Positions 28,507-38,781 are shown, counted from the stretch's first letter. The stretch: DNA of 64,000 bases from Akkermansia muciniphila (GCA_945879075.1 CAMCUY010000003.1:1259-65258), one strand, 5' to 3'. Notes: generated by a model not told the origin, from the sequence alone. Numbers and translations: made by a program.

Positions 28507-30621
28507 ATGGACGATTCCAAAAAACGCCTGATCGAAGCGGCGGTGCGGCCGTTTTCCGACAACGCGGAGATGAGACTCTCCGCTGCCGATTTCCTCGGGC
28601 AGCGGGGCACGGCCAATGACGACGCCGCCGCCGCGATGTTGGATCGTTGGAATGAAGTGGATGGCCGGAAGCAAAAATCCTTCTGGCACATCGGCCTCTG
28701 GGTGATGGTCGCAGTGGCCTCGATGGCCACGGTTTACTTGGACTTCGACGAAATTTCCCGGCTTGGAAGGTGGGGGAAATGGATCTCCGGAGGATCGATA
28801 TTCGCACCTCTGCCCGATACCACGCAACGCGTCGCTAGCAAGCTCAGCGAGACCGACAAGCTGCTGCTGTTCGGAGACCTCGCCAAGGACAGCAAAAGCG
28901 AGCGCAAGGAGGCGCTCTGGCGGAGCGAACCGGAGAATCCCGCGAATTTTGCGGACTACGCCGGGGCGTTCATCTCAGACAACGACAAGCTGCCGCCGGA
29001 TTTTCTGGAAACCGCCAGACGCATCGATCCCACCAACGCTTGGTTCACCTACCTGGCCGCCGCAGTCGAGGCGAGGGACGCGGTGAAAAGCAAGTCCCGC
29101 AAGAGCAAGCGGGTGGAGGGCAAGCTCGTCTTTGAAAGCCCGCGCGAATGGGAAATCCTCGATCAGGCGCGTTTGGATCGCGCCATGGAGCTGGTGCGGG
29201 AAGCTAGGAATCAGCCAAAATACAACGACTACAGCATTGAGCTCCTGCGGAAACGGCTGCCTCTGTTGCCACAGGTAACCAGTATTGAGCAGCTCGACTC
29301 GATCAGCTGTCTGGTTGCGATCTCCACATTTTCCAACCTCCGGCAGAGGACACTGGCCGACGCTATTTCCGCGAAGGCATGGAGTTTGGGTGAATCAAGC
29401 GATGCTTCGGGGTTTCGTGAAATTTCCAGCGATGGGGATCAGTTTCTCCGCAGGATTTGCAGCGCTGAAAGCGGAACTCTCGTGGACGAACTGGTGAAGT
29501 CGGTGTCTGCCAAAAGCATCACGGAGAGTTTCGGACAAGCGGCGGAAAAGCTGAGACTCGCGAACGACGCCGCGCATTGGAAGGCCATCACGAAACGGCT
29601 CATCGACCGGCAGGAGGGACGGAATTCCCGCGAATTCATCGTTGATGGCAAAGCAGTGGAGCCCGGGACGCGCACTGGCGGATTCATGACCGGCTCTCTC
29701 GAAACGGTGGCCAAACAAGCGGAAACCCAGCCGCCACTGACAGCCGCGGATTTGAAGCCGATGCGTTTGCATGACCATGAGTTTCTATCATGGATTTTCG
29801 GTTACGGATCGCGGCTCGTGATTGCGTTATGTCTTGGGCTTGTCGCGAGCTATCGGTTCCGGGTGGCGGTCTTGTCCCGGCGTCTGGCGCGGCGGATGGA
29901 GGATCTGCTTCGTCCGTCCGACTGGGGATGGATCATCGCTGTGGGAGTAATGCTGCCGTTTGCATTCGTGATGGCCGTCAACCGCCTGACTCCGCTGGGC
30001 GGGCGGGAATTCGGGATTCAGGGCACGGCGCTCATGATGCCTGCCGGACATTTCCTCGGGCTGTGGGCCTTGTGGCTGATCCTGCCGGCGCAGATCGTCC
30101 GCTGGCGCTTGGAAAAACGTGCGGGCGGATTCGGTTTTACCGGACCGTCGTGGATGGGCTGGCTCGCCGTTGCTTGCGCGGCAGCGGCTGTGCCGATGGC
30201 TGGCTGGGCGGCGATTTCCGGTTCATACGAGGTATTCTGGCTGCATTGGGTCCACTCGATAGGAATCGATTCCCCGATAAATCCAGAGACCTCGTGGGCA
30301 TTCCGGCTAGCGGCGGCACTGTTGGGCACCTCCGTGCTTTGGCTCGTGGTGTCGATTTCCATCGCGCTCTTGAGCCGCGCTGAGCGGCAACTTTACAGAG
30401 CGACAGCCTCACGGGTGTTGGTCAGGGTTTATTTGGCGGCCCTGCTGGTCAGCGCGCTGGCCACCATCGGCTTCAAGGCCTCACAGCAGTATTGGTTTAC
30501 GCAGGATACGCTCACAAAATTCGACGTTTCCGGTCCCGGTTGGACACGCTACGAGTCCAAAGTCGCTGCCCAGATGATAAACGAACTCCGGCAAATTTTA
30601 GGATATGACAGACGCCCCTGA
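28507..30621 (+). CDS. Hypothetical multi-pass membrane protein, paralog A
   Basis: 704-aa ORF; one TM near residues 62-80, long helical domain, several C-terminal TM helices; motifs shared with the next gene. Confidence 0.8.
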   Translation: MDDSKKRLIEAAVRPFSDNAEMRLSAADFLGQRGTANDDAAAAMLDRWNEVDGRKQKSFWHIGLWVMVAVASMATVYLDFDEISRLGRWGKWISGGSIFAPLPDTTQRVASKLSETDKLLLFGDLAKDSKSERKEALWRSEPENPANFADYAGAFISDNDKLPPDFLETARRIDPTNAWFTYLAAAVEARDAVKSKSRKSKRVEGKLVFESPREWEILDQARLDRAMELVREARNQPKYNDYSIELLRKRLPLLPQVTSIEQLDSISCLVAISTFSNLRQRTLADAISAKAWSLGESSDASGFREISSDGDQFLRRICSAESGTLVDELVKSVSAKSITESFGQAAEKLRLANDAAHWKAITKRLIDRQEGRNSREFIVDGKAVEPGTRTGGFMTGSLETVAKQAETQPPLTAADLKPMRLHDHEFLSWIFGYGSRLVIALCLGLVASYRFRVAVLSRRLARRMEDLLRPSDWGWIIAVGVMLPFAFVMAVNRLTPLGGREFGIQGTALMMPAGHFLGLWALWLILPAQIVRWRLEKRAGGFGFTGPSWMGWLAVACAAAAVPMAGWAAISGSYEVFWLHWVHSIGIDSPINPETSWAFRLAAALLGTSVLWLVVSISIALLSRAERQLYRATASRVLVRVYLAALLVSALATIGFKASQQYWFTQDTLTKFDVSGPGWTRYESKVAAQMINELRQILGYDRRP

Positions 30622-32639
30622 TCCACTCATCACGGCCGCGCTGCGCCCCTTGTCCGGGGATGCGGAGTCGAGGTCTTCCGCGCGAATGCTGTTGGAGACG
30701 CTGCGGGAGGAGCATACCGATCAGGCACAAGACGCGCTGAAACGGTGGGATGCTCACGATAAAAAAAAGCGCAGGCTGTCGTGGCGAGCGGTTTTCATGA
30801 TCCTCGCGGCGGTAATCTCTGCGGTCATGCTGTCTCCCGGGGTGCTGGATTTCATGGACTACCGCCGGATTTTGCGGGCGGCGTCGGGCTACGAATTCGA
30901 TGACGCCGCGAAAGTATTCGACCTCACGCGCTTCACCACTCGGGACAAACAGTTGCTGAAAATCAGCGATGCCCGCCAGTCGCCGCTCGAACTGGCGAAG
31001 GCCTTGCGGGAAAGCGATCCCGCCAACGCCGCATATTTCTGTGATTACTGCGCGACGTATTTCTCGGACAACCACGAAACACTCCCTCCGTACTTCCTGG
31101 CGCAAGCCGGCCGCATCGCTCCGGACAACGCCTTTTTCCCCTATTGGGCGGCGGGAGTCGAAGCCAAGGATGCGGCCAAAATACGCTCGCTCTCCAAGGC
31201 CGCGCGCATCCGGCGCAGCCCCGGAGTGGGATGTGATCGATGAATCCAAGATCGACCGGGCTTTGGCCATCCTGCGTGGAAGCAACGATCTGCCAGACCA
31301 TGAGAGCTATGAAATCCAGTTGATGAGAGAACGAATTCCCCTGCTCCCCCAGAAAAATCCATCAGGATACCATAGCGCCGTTTCCTATCTGGCGATGACC
31401 ACCTCCGTGCCTTCCTTTTCCCGGGCCTTGCCCAATGCGATCGCGGCCAAAGCCTGGTTGTTCGGCGAGCGCGGCGACGCCGGCGGACTGCTCGCGTTGA
31501 AAGCCGATGCGGATGCGTATCTGCGAAACATTTCCCGCAGCGAGCCCGGATTTCTCATCCAGGACCTCATCATCGAGTCGTGGGCCAAATCCATCCTTAA
31601 TAACCTGACAGCATCCGCGAAAAAACTCGGACTTGTCGCCGAGGCGGCGGAAACCCAACGAAAACTCGACCACCTCGACAAGCTCACCACCGACCGCGAG
31701 GCCGTCATGTTTGAAATCGATGGCAAGGACGCGCGTCAGAAACTCAGCGCGCTCAAACGGTATTCCATGCCCTACCTCGCAAAACGCACGCTGCATCCGC
31801 CGGTGCTCCGCGACAGCGACGTGAAGCCCGGCCGGATGACCGAGCACGAAATCCTCGCGCAGCTTTGCACCTACGCGACGTGGGCGCTGCTCGGGATCGC
31901 CAGCGGCCTAGCCGCGCTCTATCGGCTCCGGTCGCCGCGCCTGGTCCGGAGCCTGGCGGCGCGGATGGAACTGTTGCTGCGGCCCGCGGACTGGGCGTGG
32001 TTGTTCGTGGCCGGCATTCCGCCGTTCATCTATCTGATGTTAATCACGCGTTTCACGGACTTGGGTGGCTCGGAGCTGAACATCCTCTCCCTGTCCATCG
32101 ACCTTCCTTACTACGACAGCCTGCCGCTGCCGATGGCGCAATTCGTCGGCATGCTCCTCATGGCACTGATCCTGCCGGTCCTCGTCGCCAGGTGGCGGAT
32201 CGGGAAACGAGCGGCGTTTTTCGGATTTGGAAAAACCCGTTCGTGGGCAGGCTGGCTGGCACTCGTCAGCGCGGCGGCCTTCATTCCGGTGCTCGGCTGG
32301 GCCGTCACCACTGGGTCCGATACCGGGCTCAAAATCGCTTGGGCGCTGTTTGTCATTCCGCTGGGATGGATTCTCGCCGTCGTGATCCGGGCCATGACCA
32401 CGGGAATGGGCCATCTGCTCCACCTCAACACCATCTCGCGAATCCTCGTCCCGTCCTACTTGGCCGCCGCGGTCGTCCTGCTGCTCGCCACGCCGTATTT
32501 CAAATGGGCCCGGCAACACTGGTTTGAGCAAGACCCGATGGCGCGGCTGGATGTGAACTATCCGTCGTTGACGAAATTCGAATACGAAATCTCGGTGGCC
32601 GCCCGCAAGGAAGTCCGCGAGGCACTGGGATACGAGTGA
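30605..32639 (+). CDS. Hypothetical multi-pass membrane protein, paralog B, split across two frames
   Basis: N-terminal part is ORF 30605..31243 and the remainder lies in ORF 30969..32639; similarity to paralog A switches frame at about 31200-31230 (KAARIRR / APEWDVIDESKIDRAL), implying a frameshift. Confidence 0.7.
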
Positions 32640-32826
32640 TGAGCGGATTCAAAATGGAGTCGAGGCTTCGCTCGATCCACTTCGCCAGCACTTCGGAACC
32701 GATCAAATCGCCACCCATTGCTAACAACCCGCGCGGCGCGGCGGCCTTGTGGCGCACTTTCGCAAAGCTGATCCATAGGATCTCCACGCCGGCAAAACAT
32801 GCGGAGCGCGTCGTTATTTAGGCGTT

Positions 32827-32846
32827 GGACTGAAGTCCTGGACTAC
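32827..32846. repeat. Isolated REP half-arm identical to the RAYT-flanking REPs
   Basis: ggactgaagtcctggactac, exact 20-nt match to 48119-48138 and 48848-48867. Confidence 0.85.
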
Positions 32847-32851
32847 TTATT

Positions 32852-35422
32852 TCAGGCCTCCTTCGTCTTCGCGGCTTTCTTGGCGGCGACCTTTTTCACG
32901 GGGCGCGGCGGGAAGTCGAAGCCGATCTTGCCGTCCTTCACGTCGAAGGTGAGGTGGGCGTCGAACTTGCGCTTGGTGCGGTTGGAGACGAAGCCTTTGA
33001 GCACGTCGGTCTTACCGGTGGAAATGAGCTTGAGCATCTGGTCCTGCGGGATTTCGCACTGGAGGATGGACTTGCCGATGCGGATGCCGTGCGGGTCCTT
33101 CTTGGTGATGATTTCCGGGACGTGATAGGCCTTGTCGGTGGCGTAAACCTTGTAGGATTTGCCTTCTTCGGTTTTCGCCTCGCCGATGAGTTGCTCTTCG
33201 GTCAGCTCGGGCGGGCCGTCACGGTCGTCGTTTTCGAAGACGAAGTTGATCTTGAATTTCGCGTCTAACTCAAGGGCGGCGTCGAAGGGTTTGTTGAACT
33301 TCGAGCGGAAGCCGGTGAGCGGGCCGACGTGCTTGGTGGTGAAGAGTTGGATCGCTTCTTCCTCGGTGAGCAGGCGGCCGGCGATGTGTTTCTTCGCCTT
33401 GAATTTGCACTCGGGCTCGCGGCACTCATAGGTGGCCTCGGTTTGTTTGAGGCTCGGCGCGCCGCACATCGGGCAGGTGACCTTGAGATCGGGGAATACT
33501 TCGCTTTTCGCGAGATCGGCGGCGGAGCGGGCTTTGGTGCAGATCTCGTCGGTGTAAGCGATGATCTCCTTCATGAAATCGCCACGCTTAAGATTCCCCT
33601 GCTCCATCTGGCGGAGCTTAAACTCCCAATCACCGGTGAGTTTGGGCGAATAGAGTCCTTCGATTTCCATCTCGCGGACGAGATTGATGAGGCGCATGCC
33701 GGCTCCGGAGACGAAAAGCTCGCGGCCTTCGCGGGCGAGGTATTTCTGGGAAATCAGGCCTTCGATCGTGGCCGCGCGGGTGGCGGGCGTGCCGAGACCG
33801 CGCTCGGCCATGGCTTCGCGGAGTGCTTCGTCGTCGATGAGTTTGCCGGCGCCTTCCATCGCGGAAAGCAGCGTCGACTCGGTCATCCGGGCGGGCGGCT
33901 TGGTTTCCTCGGCGAGGACTTCAACGGATTCGGTGTGGGCAGGTTCACCGACGCTGACCGGGCAGAGCTCGTCTTTTCCGGCGGCGACACCGGGGCGGCG
34001 GCCGTAGACTTCGAGCCAGCCGGGTTTCACCAGGATGCGGCCTTCGGTCTTGAAGGTGTCTGAAGAAACAGGCGAGACGCCTGTGCCCCTTTCGCCACTC
34101 TCGATGCGGGTAAGGCGCGTCGTCTGCTCGAACTCGGCGGACGGATAGAAGACGGCGATGAAGCGCTTCACGATCATGTCGTAAAGCTTCTGCTCGGCCT
34201 CGCTGAGTTTGGCGAACTTGCCGGTCGGGATGATGGCAAAGTGATCGGAGACTTTCTTGCTGTCGAAGACGCGGCGCGATTTGTGCAGGCGCGGGCCTTT
34301 TTCATCGCTGCCGGAGAGCACGGCTTTGGCGTATTTCGCCACGTCGAGGCCGCTGTTGCCGACGTCCGCCATCGTCTCGCGGACGTTGCCGGTGTAATCT
34401 TCCGGCAGATACCGCGAATCGGTCCGCGGGTAGGTGATCATCTTGTGCTTTTCATAAAGCGCTTGGGCGATCTGGAGCGTGCCCTTGGCGGAAAACGGTG
34501 CCTCGCGCTGGAGCGTGGTGAGGTCGTAAAGCTGCGGGGAAATCTGCGAGTTCGCCTTTTTCTCCTCGGTGACCTTGCCGGTCTTGCCTTGGCAACGCGC
34601 TTGAATGGCCTCGGCCGTCAGCTTGTCCCAAATGCGCTCGGGCTTGGAGAGCGGGGCGTTTTCGTCCTTTTTCCAAGCTTCATCGATCCACTTGCCGAGG
34701 TATTCACCGGCCTGCACGCCGAAGGTGGCGTGGACTTCGAAATACGGCGTCGGACGGAAGGCTTGGATCTCGGCCTCGCGCTGGGCGAGGATCGCGAGCG
34801 TCGGCGTCTGGACCCGGCCGGCGGCGGTGATGTTGAATCCGCCGTGGCGGGAATTAAAGCAAGTCAGCGCGCGGGTGGCGTTGAGCCCGACCAGCCAATC
34901 CGATTCGGAGCGGCACTTCGCGGCGTCGGCGAGTGGCTTCATCGATTCGCCGGAGCGGAGGTTTTTCCACGCTTCGAGGATCGAGTCGTTGGTCATCGAC
35001 TGCATCCACAGCCGCTTGACCGGCTTGTCGATGCCGCCGATTTCCATGATATAGCGGAAGATGAGTTCACCTTCGCGGCCGGCGTCGCAGGCATTGACGA
35101 TGAGGTCGATGTCCTTGCGCTTGGCGAGCTTGAGTACCTGCTTGAGGCGGGCTTCGGAATCGGGAATCGGGTCGAGATCGAACTTTTCCGGGATGGCGGG
35201 AAGGACGCTGAAATTCCACGGCAGTTTCTTGCCGTTGGGGCCCATCGGCATCCGCAACTCGACGAGGTGGCCGACGGCGGAAGTGATGACTGCGTTTTCG
35301 TTTTCGAAAAACACATCGCGGCCGGAGCCGGACTTTTCGAACTTGCCGAGCTCCTTGGCGAGCACGCGGCTGAGGTCGGTCATGACGCTCGGTTTCTCGG
35401 CAATGATGAGTGTTTTTCCCAT
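32852..35422 (-). CDS. topB: DNA topoisomerase III
   Basis: [38 protein letters not shown] (active Tyr), [13 protein letters not shown] zinc ribbon, basic tail. Confidence 0.95.
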   Translation of the reverse strand: MGKTLIIAEKPSVMTDLSRVLAKELGKFEKSGSGRDVFFENENAVITSAVGHLVELRMPMGPNGKKLPWNFSVLPAIPEKFDLDPIPDSEARLKQVLKLAKRKDIDLIVNACDAGREGELIFRYIMEIGGIDKPVKRLWMQSMTNDSILEAWKNLRSGESMKPLADAAKCRSESDWLVGLNATRALTCFNSRHGGFNITAAGRVQTPTLAILAQREAEIQAFRPTPYFEVHATFGVQAGEYLGKWIDEAWKKDENAPLSKPERIWDKLTAEAIQARCQGKTGKVTEEKKANSQISPQLYDLTTLQREAPFSAKGTLQIAQALYEKHKMITYPRTDSRYLPEDYTGNVRETMADVGNSGLDVAKYAKAVLSGSDEKGPRLHKSRRVFDSKKVSDHFAIIPTGKFAKLSEAEQKLYDMIVKRFIAVFYPSAEFEQTTRLTRIESGERGTGVSPVSSDTFKTEGRILVKPGWLEVYGRRPGVAAGKDELCPVSVGEPAHTESVEVLAEETKPPARMTESTLLSAMEGAGKLIDDEALREAMAERGLGTPATRAATIEGLISQKYLAREGRELFVSGAGMRLINLVREMEIEGLYSPKLTGDWEFKLRQMEQGNLKRGDFMKEIIAYTDEICTKARSAADLAKSEVFPDLKVTCPMCGAPSLKQTEATYECREPECKFKAKKHIAGRLLTEEEAIQLFTTKHVGPLTGFRSKFNKPFDAALELDAKFKINFVFENDDRDGPPELTEEQLIGEAKTEEGKSYKVYATDKAYHVPEIITKKDPHGIRIGKSILQCEIPQDQMLKLISTGKTDVLKGFVSNRTKRKFDAHLTFDVKDGKIGFDFPPRPVKKVAAKKAAKTKEA
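34068..34084. repeat. REP-like palindrome within the topB coding sequence
   Basis: acaggcg-aga-cgcctgt perfect hairpin encoding TGVSPV; resembles the intergenic ACAGGC..GCCTGT elements. Confidence 0.6.
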
Positions 35423-35611
35423 GGTGAAATCCGGCCGTTAACCGGGGCTGGATTGAGGGACTAGGCTTACGGAGCGGGTTTTGGCAAGCCGATTGGTAAA
35501 TTTTTAAGATTCGGCTGAGACGGCCGGTGCTCTTTCCTGATTGGAAAATCCCCGACCCTTTCCACCGGAAAATCAGTTGCGACAACATCAAAGGGCCGTA
35601 AACATTCCCCC

Positions 35612-36352
35612 ATGAATTTGGAAATGCTCTCGCTCGCCCAAGTCGGCCTGGCCCCCGGCGGTTTTTCGATGACCTACATCGTCATCATCGGCGTTTCCAT
35701 GCTGGCGAGCTTCCTCATCAGCGGCACGCTCAAGCGCCGTTTCAAAGAATACTCACAAATCCCGATCCGCATGACCGGCGCGCAGATCGCCGAGGCCATG
35801 CTCCGCCAGCACGGGATCAACGACGTCCAGGTCATTTGCACGCCCGGCCACCTCACCGACCACTACGACCCGACGAAAAAGACCGTCAATCTCAGTGAAT
35901 CGGTCTATTCGGTCAACTCCGTGGCCGCCGCCGCCGTCGCCGCCCACGAATGCGGCCACGCCGTCCAGCACCAGCAGGCTTACCATTGGCTCGGACTCCG
36001 CTCGAAGCTCGTGCCTGCCGTCGAGTTCTCCAGCAAGATGCTGAACTGGTTGATGATCATCGGCATCCTCGGCATCGGCGTGGCCCACAGCCCGATGATG
36101 CTGTGGGCGTGGGTTGCGCTTTTCGGAGTCACCACGATTTTCTCAGTCGTCACGCTGCCCGTCGAGTTCGACGCCAGCCGCCGCGCGCTTGCCTGGATGG
36201 AAAGCAGCGGAGTCGCCGCCAGCATGGAGCACGAAAAAGCCAAGAACGCGCTGTTTTGGGCGGCCATGACTTACTTCGCCGCCGCTGTCGGCTCCATCGC
36301 CCAGCTCGCTTATTTCCTGATGATGGCCCTCGGCGGTCGCCGGAATGAGTGA
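35612..36352 (+). CDS. Putative neutral zinc metallopeptidase (Zn_peptidase_2/YugP-like), membrane
   Basis: LTDHYDP, AVAAHECGHAVQH (HExxH), TLPVEFDASRRA, WAAMTY. Confidence 0.9.
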   Translation: MNLEMLSLAQVGLAPGGFSMTYIVIIGVSMLASFLISGTLKRRFKEYSQIPIRMTGAQIAEAMLRQHGINDVQVICTPGHLTDHYDPTKKTVNLSESVYSVNSVAAAAVAAHECGHAVQHQQAYHWLGLRSKLVPAVEFSSKMLNWLMIIGILGIGVAHSPMMLWAWVALFGVTTIFSVVTLPVEFDASRRALAWMESSGVAASMEHEKAKNALFWAAMTYFAAAVGSIAQLAYFLMMALGGRRNE

Positions 36353-36378
36353 CGTGATTTAGGCAGGATGGTAGAAGA

Positions 36379-36402
36379 ACAGGCAGGAATGCCCACATCA
36401 CG
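36379..36402. repeat. Short REP-like element, family 2, copy 1
   Basis: acaggcaggaatgcccacatcacg; 21/24 identical to 51499-51522. Confidence 0.7.
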
Positions 36403-36444
36403 CTTGCCCGCGGGCGGAGCGGCGGGACATGGTCAGTGCAGGCC

Positions 36445-37656
36445 ATGAAGGAACTCATCGAAGAACTCGAACGCTGGGGAGCGGATGTGATTTTCGGGCG
36501 CGCCAAAGGCTTGCGGGCGGCGCTGATGCGGTTCGCGATGCGGGCGCTGTCCGGGGTTTTCCGGATCATCGTGCAAATCCGGCTCTGGCGCTATCGCAGC
36601 GGCTGGCGGGCGCAGCATTATTTGGGAGCGCAGGTGGTGGCTATCGGAAATATCACGGTGGGCGGCACGGGAAAAACGCCGGTGGTCGAGCTGCTGGCGA
36701 AATCCCTGCGCGACCGCGGAAGGCGGGTGGCGATTCTTTCCCGCGGCTACAAGAGCAAGAAGCTCGACCGGCCGCAGAAGTGGCTGGATTCGAATGGCTG
36801 CGCGATTCGGGAGGAAAAGATGCCCAAAGTGGTCTCGACCGGCAGCGCGCTGTTGCTGGATTCGAAATACGCGGGCGACGAGCCGTTCATGCTCGCCCGG
36901 AATCTTGACGGCGTGGCGGTGGTGGTGGACAAGAACCGGGTGAAAGGCGGGCTTTTCGCCGTCGGCCAGCTCGCCGCGGACACGCTACTGCTCGACGACG
37001 GGATGCAATATCTCGATCTCGCGCACTCGATCGACATCGTGCTGGTGGACGCCGGCTCGCCGTTCGGCACGGAGGCGCTGCTGCCGCGGGGAACGCTGCG
37101 CGAACCGCCGAAAAACCTGCGCCGCGCGAGTTACATTCTCATCACCAAATGCACCGGCAGCCCGAACGACGCGCTGGTTTCCCGCATCCGGAAATATAAC
37201 AAGACGGCGGAAATCATCGAGTGCACGCACGGGCCGATCTATCTGGAAAACGTCTTCACGCGCGAGCGGCAGCCGCTGGAGTTTCTGAGGGACAAGTGGG
37301 TCGGGGCGATCAGCGCGATCGCGGTGCCCGAGGCGTTCGAAGGTTCGCTGGCGAAACTCGGCGCGCGGGTGGAAATCCAGCGGCGGTTTTCCGACCACTA
37401 TCGGTTTTCGCGCAGCGAAGTGGAGCATTTCATGCAGCGCTGCGTGGAACGGGACATGGAGTTGATCGTGACCACGGAAAAAGACGCGGTACGCTTTCCG
37501 AAACCAGCCTCGATCGACGTGCCGGTCTATTTCCTGCGGATCGAGGTGGAGATTTTGAAAGGCCAGGAAATCTGGGACGATCTGGTCACGCGGATTTGCA
37601 ACCCGCCGCCGGTGTTCCAGTCGGTGCTGCGGAACCGGCATGCATACCGGCCGTGA
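36445..37656 (+). CDS. lpxK: Tetraacyldisaccharide 4'-kinase
   Basis: IGNITVGGTGKTP, ILSRGYK, GDEPFML, LLDDGMQ, LLPRGTLREP, FSDHYRF, TTEKDAVR. Confidence 0.95.
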   Translation: MKELIEELERWGADVIFGRAKGLRAALMRFAMRALSGVFRIIVQIRLWRYRSGWRAQHYLGAQVVAIGNITVGGTGKTPVVELLAKSLRDRGRRVAILSRGYKSKKLDRPQKWLDSNGCAIREEKMPKVVSTGSALLLDSKYAGDEPFMLARNLDGVAVVVDKNRVKGGLFAVGQLAADTLLLDDGMQYLDLAHSIDIVLVDAGSPFGTEALLPRGTLREPPKNLRRASYILITKCTGSPNDALVSRIRKYNKTAEIIECTHGPIYLENVFTRERQPLEFLRDKWVGAISAIAVPEAFEGSLAKLGARVEIQRRFSDHYRFSRSEVEHFMQRCVERDMELIVTTEKDAVRFPKPASIDVPVYFLRIEVEILKGQEIWDDLVTRICNPPPVFQSVLRNRHAYRP

Positions 37657-37685
37657 GCCGTCACAAAAAAATCCCCTTTTTCGGA

Positions 37686-37714
37686 TTGCCAGCGGGAAAA
37701 GCCGTCCCTAGCTT
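37686..37714 (+). promoter_or_regulatory. Sigma70-type promoter of the small basic protein gene
   Basis: TTGCCA-17 nt-TAGCTT. Confidence 0.55.
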
Positions 37715-37746
37715 CCGCCTCCCGCGATCTTTAACCTCATTCCGAG

Positions 37747-37902
37747 ATGTCCAAGCACAACAGCCTCAAGTCCAGCGCCACCGTCGGCGGCAAACGTTCC
37801 GTTCTCAAGCGCTTCGAGCGCGTCAAACTCCTCAAGGAGCGCGGCGAGTGGAAAGACGGTAAGTCCCCCGTCGGACTTCCCAAGACCAAGCACGAGGGTT
37901 AA
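37747..37902 (+). CDS. PVC-superphylum small basic protein (signature protein), 51 aa; absent from the ORF track
   Basis: MSKHNSLKSSATVGGKRSVLKRFERVKLLKERGEWKDGKSPVGLPKTKHEG; pattern H.SLK..R.VLKR.ERI..L..G.W..S..GLPK. Confidence 0.9.
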   Translation: MSKHNSLKSSATVGGKRSVLKRFERVKLLKERGEWKDGKSPVGLPKTKHEG

Positions 37903-37931
37903 TCCCTCTGGCTCTCAACACTTTCTAAAAC

Positions 37932-37962
37932 GCGCGGGCCCCACCGGGTTTCGCGCCTTTTT
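37932..37962 (+). terminator. Possible terminator after the small basic protein gene
   Basis: gcgcgggccc/cacc/gggtttcgcgc hairpin followed by cttttt. Confidence 0.45.
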
Positions 37963-37973
37963 CATTTATTCCC

Positions 37974-38738
37974 ATGGCAACCCACGACGGCACCCGCCTT
38001 AACAAATACCTCGCCTCCTGCGCGGTCGGCTCGCGCCGCGCCTGCGACGAGCTCATCAAGGGCGGCCGCGTGGAGGTGAACGGCAGCCCGTGCATCAACA
38101 TGGGAACCCGCATCAATTCCGGCGACCACGTCAAGGTGGACGGCAAGCGGGTGGCGCCGCGCGAGACGATGATCGTCGCCTTCCACAAACCCCGCGGCTT
38201 CGTCTGCACCCGCGAGGACGAACTTGGCCGCGACACGATTTACTCGATGCTGCCCGCCTCGCTCCACTCGCTGCACCACGTCGGGCGGCTGGACATGGAC
38301 TCGGAAGGACTGCTGATTCTGACCAACGACGGTGATCTCTCGCAGCAGCTGATGCACCCGTCGAAATCCATCGAGAAGGAATATCTTGTCACCTCGAACC
38401 AAGCGTTCGAAAACGCCCACCTCGACCAGTTTCTCGAAGGCGTCTTCACCACCGAAGGGAAATTGAAGGCAAAATCCATCGAGCGGCTCTCGTCCCGCCG
38501 CCTCAAGGTGGTGCTCGACCACGGCGCGAAACGCCAGATCCGCGTGATGTTTGACACCCTCGGCTATCAGGTGACCAAGCTGTTGCGTGTCCGCATCGGC
38601 GCGCTGTGGCTCGGCGATTTGGAGCCCGGCGCCTGGGCGGCTTTGAACTCGGTGGAAATCCAGATGCTGCTGGGAAACCCAAAACCCGCGAAGAAGCGCG
38701 AGGCCTCGGACGAGCCCCGTAAAAAAAGACCCAACTAA
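37974..38738 (+). CDS. rRNA pseudouridine synthase (RsuA/RluB family)
   Basis: S4-like RLNKYLASCAVGSRR, HKPRG, VGRLDMDSEGLL, KRQIRVM. Confidence 0.93.
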   Translation: MATHDGTRLNKYLASCAVGSRRACDELIKGGRVEVNGSPCINMGTRINSGDHVKVDGKRVAPRETMIVAFHKPRGFVCTREDELGRDTIYSMLPASLHSLHHVGRLDMDSEGLLILTNDGDLSQQLMHPSKSIEKEYLVTSNQAFENAHLDQFLEGVFTTEGKLKAKSIERLSSRRLKVVLDHGAKRQIRVMFDTLGYQVTKLLRVRIGALWLGDLEPGAWAALNSVEIQMLLGNPKPAKKREASDEPRKKRPN

Positions 38739-38752
38739 GGCGTTCTCAGGAC

Positions 38753-38781
38753 TTGCCGCAGGCACAATGATTTCCTAGTTT
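38753..38781 (+). promoter_or_regulatory. Sigma70-type promoter of acs
   Basis: TTGCCG-17 nt-TAGTTT. Confidence 0.5.
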
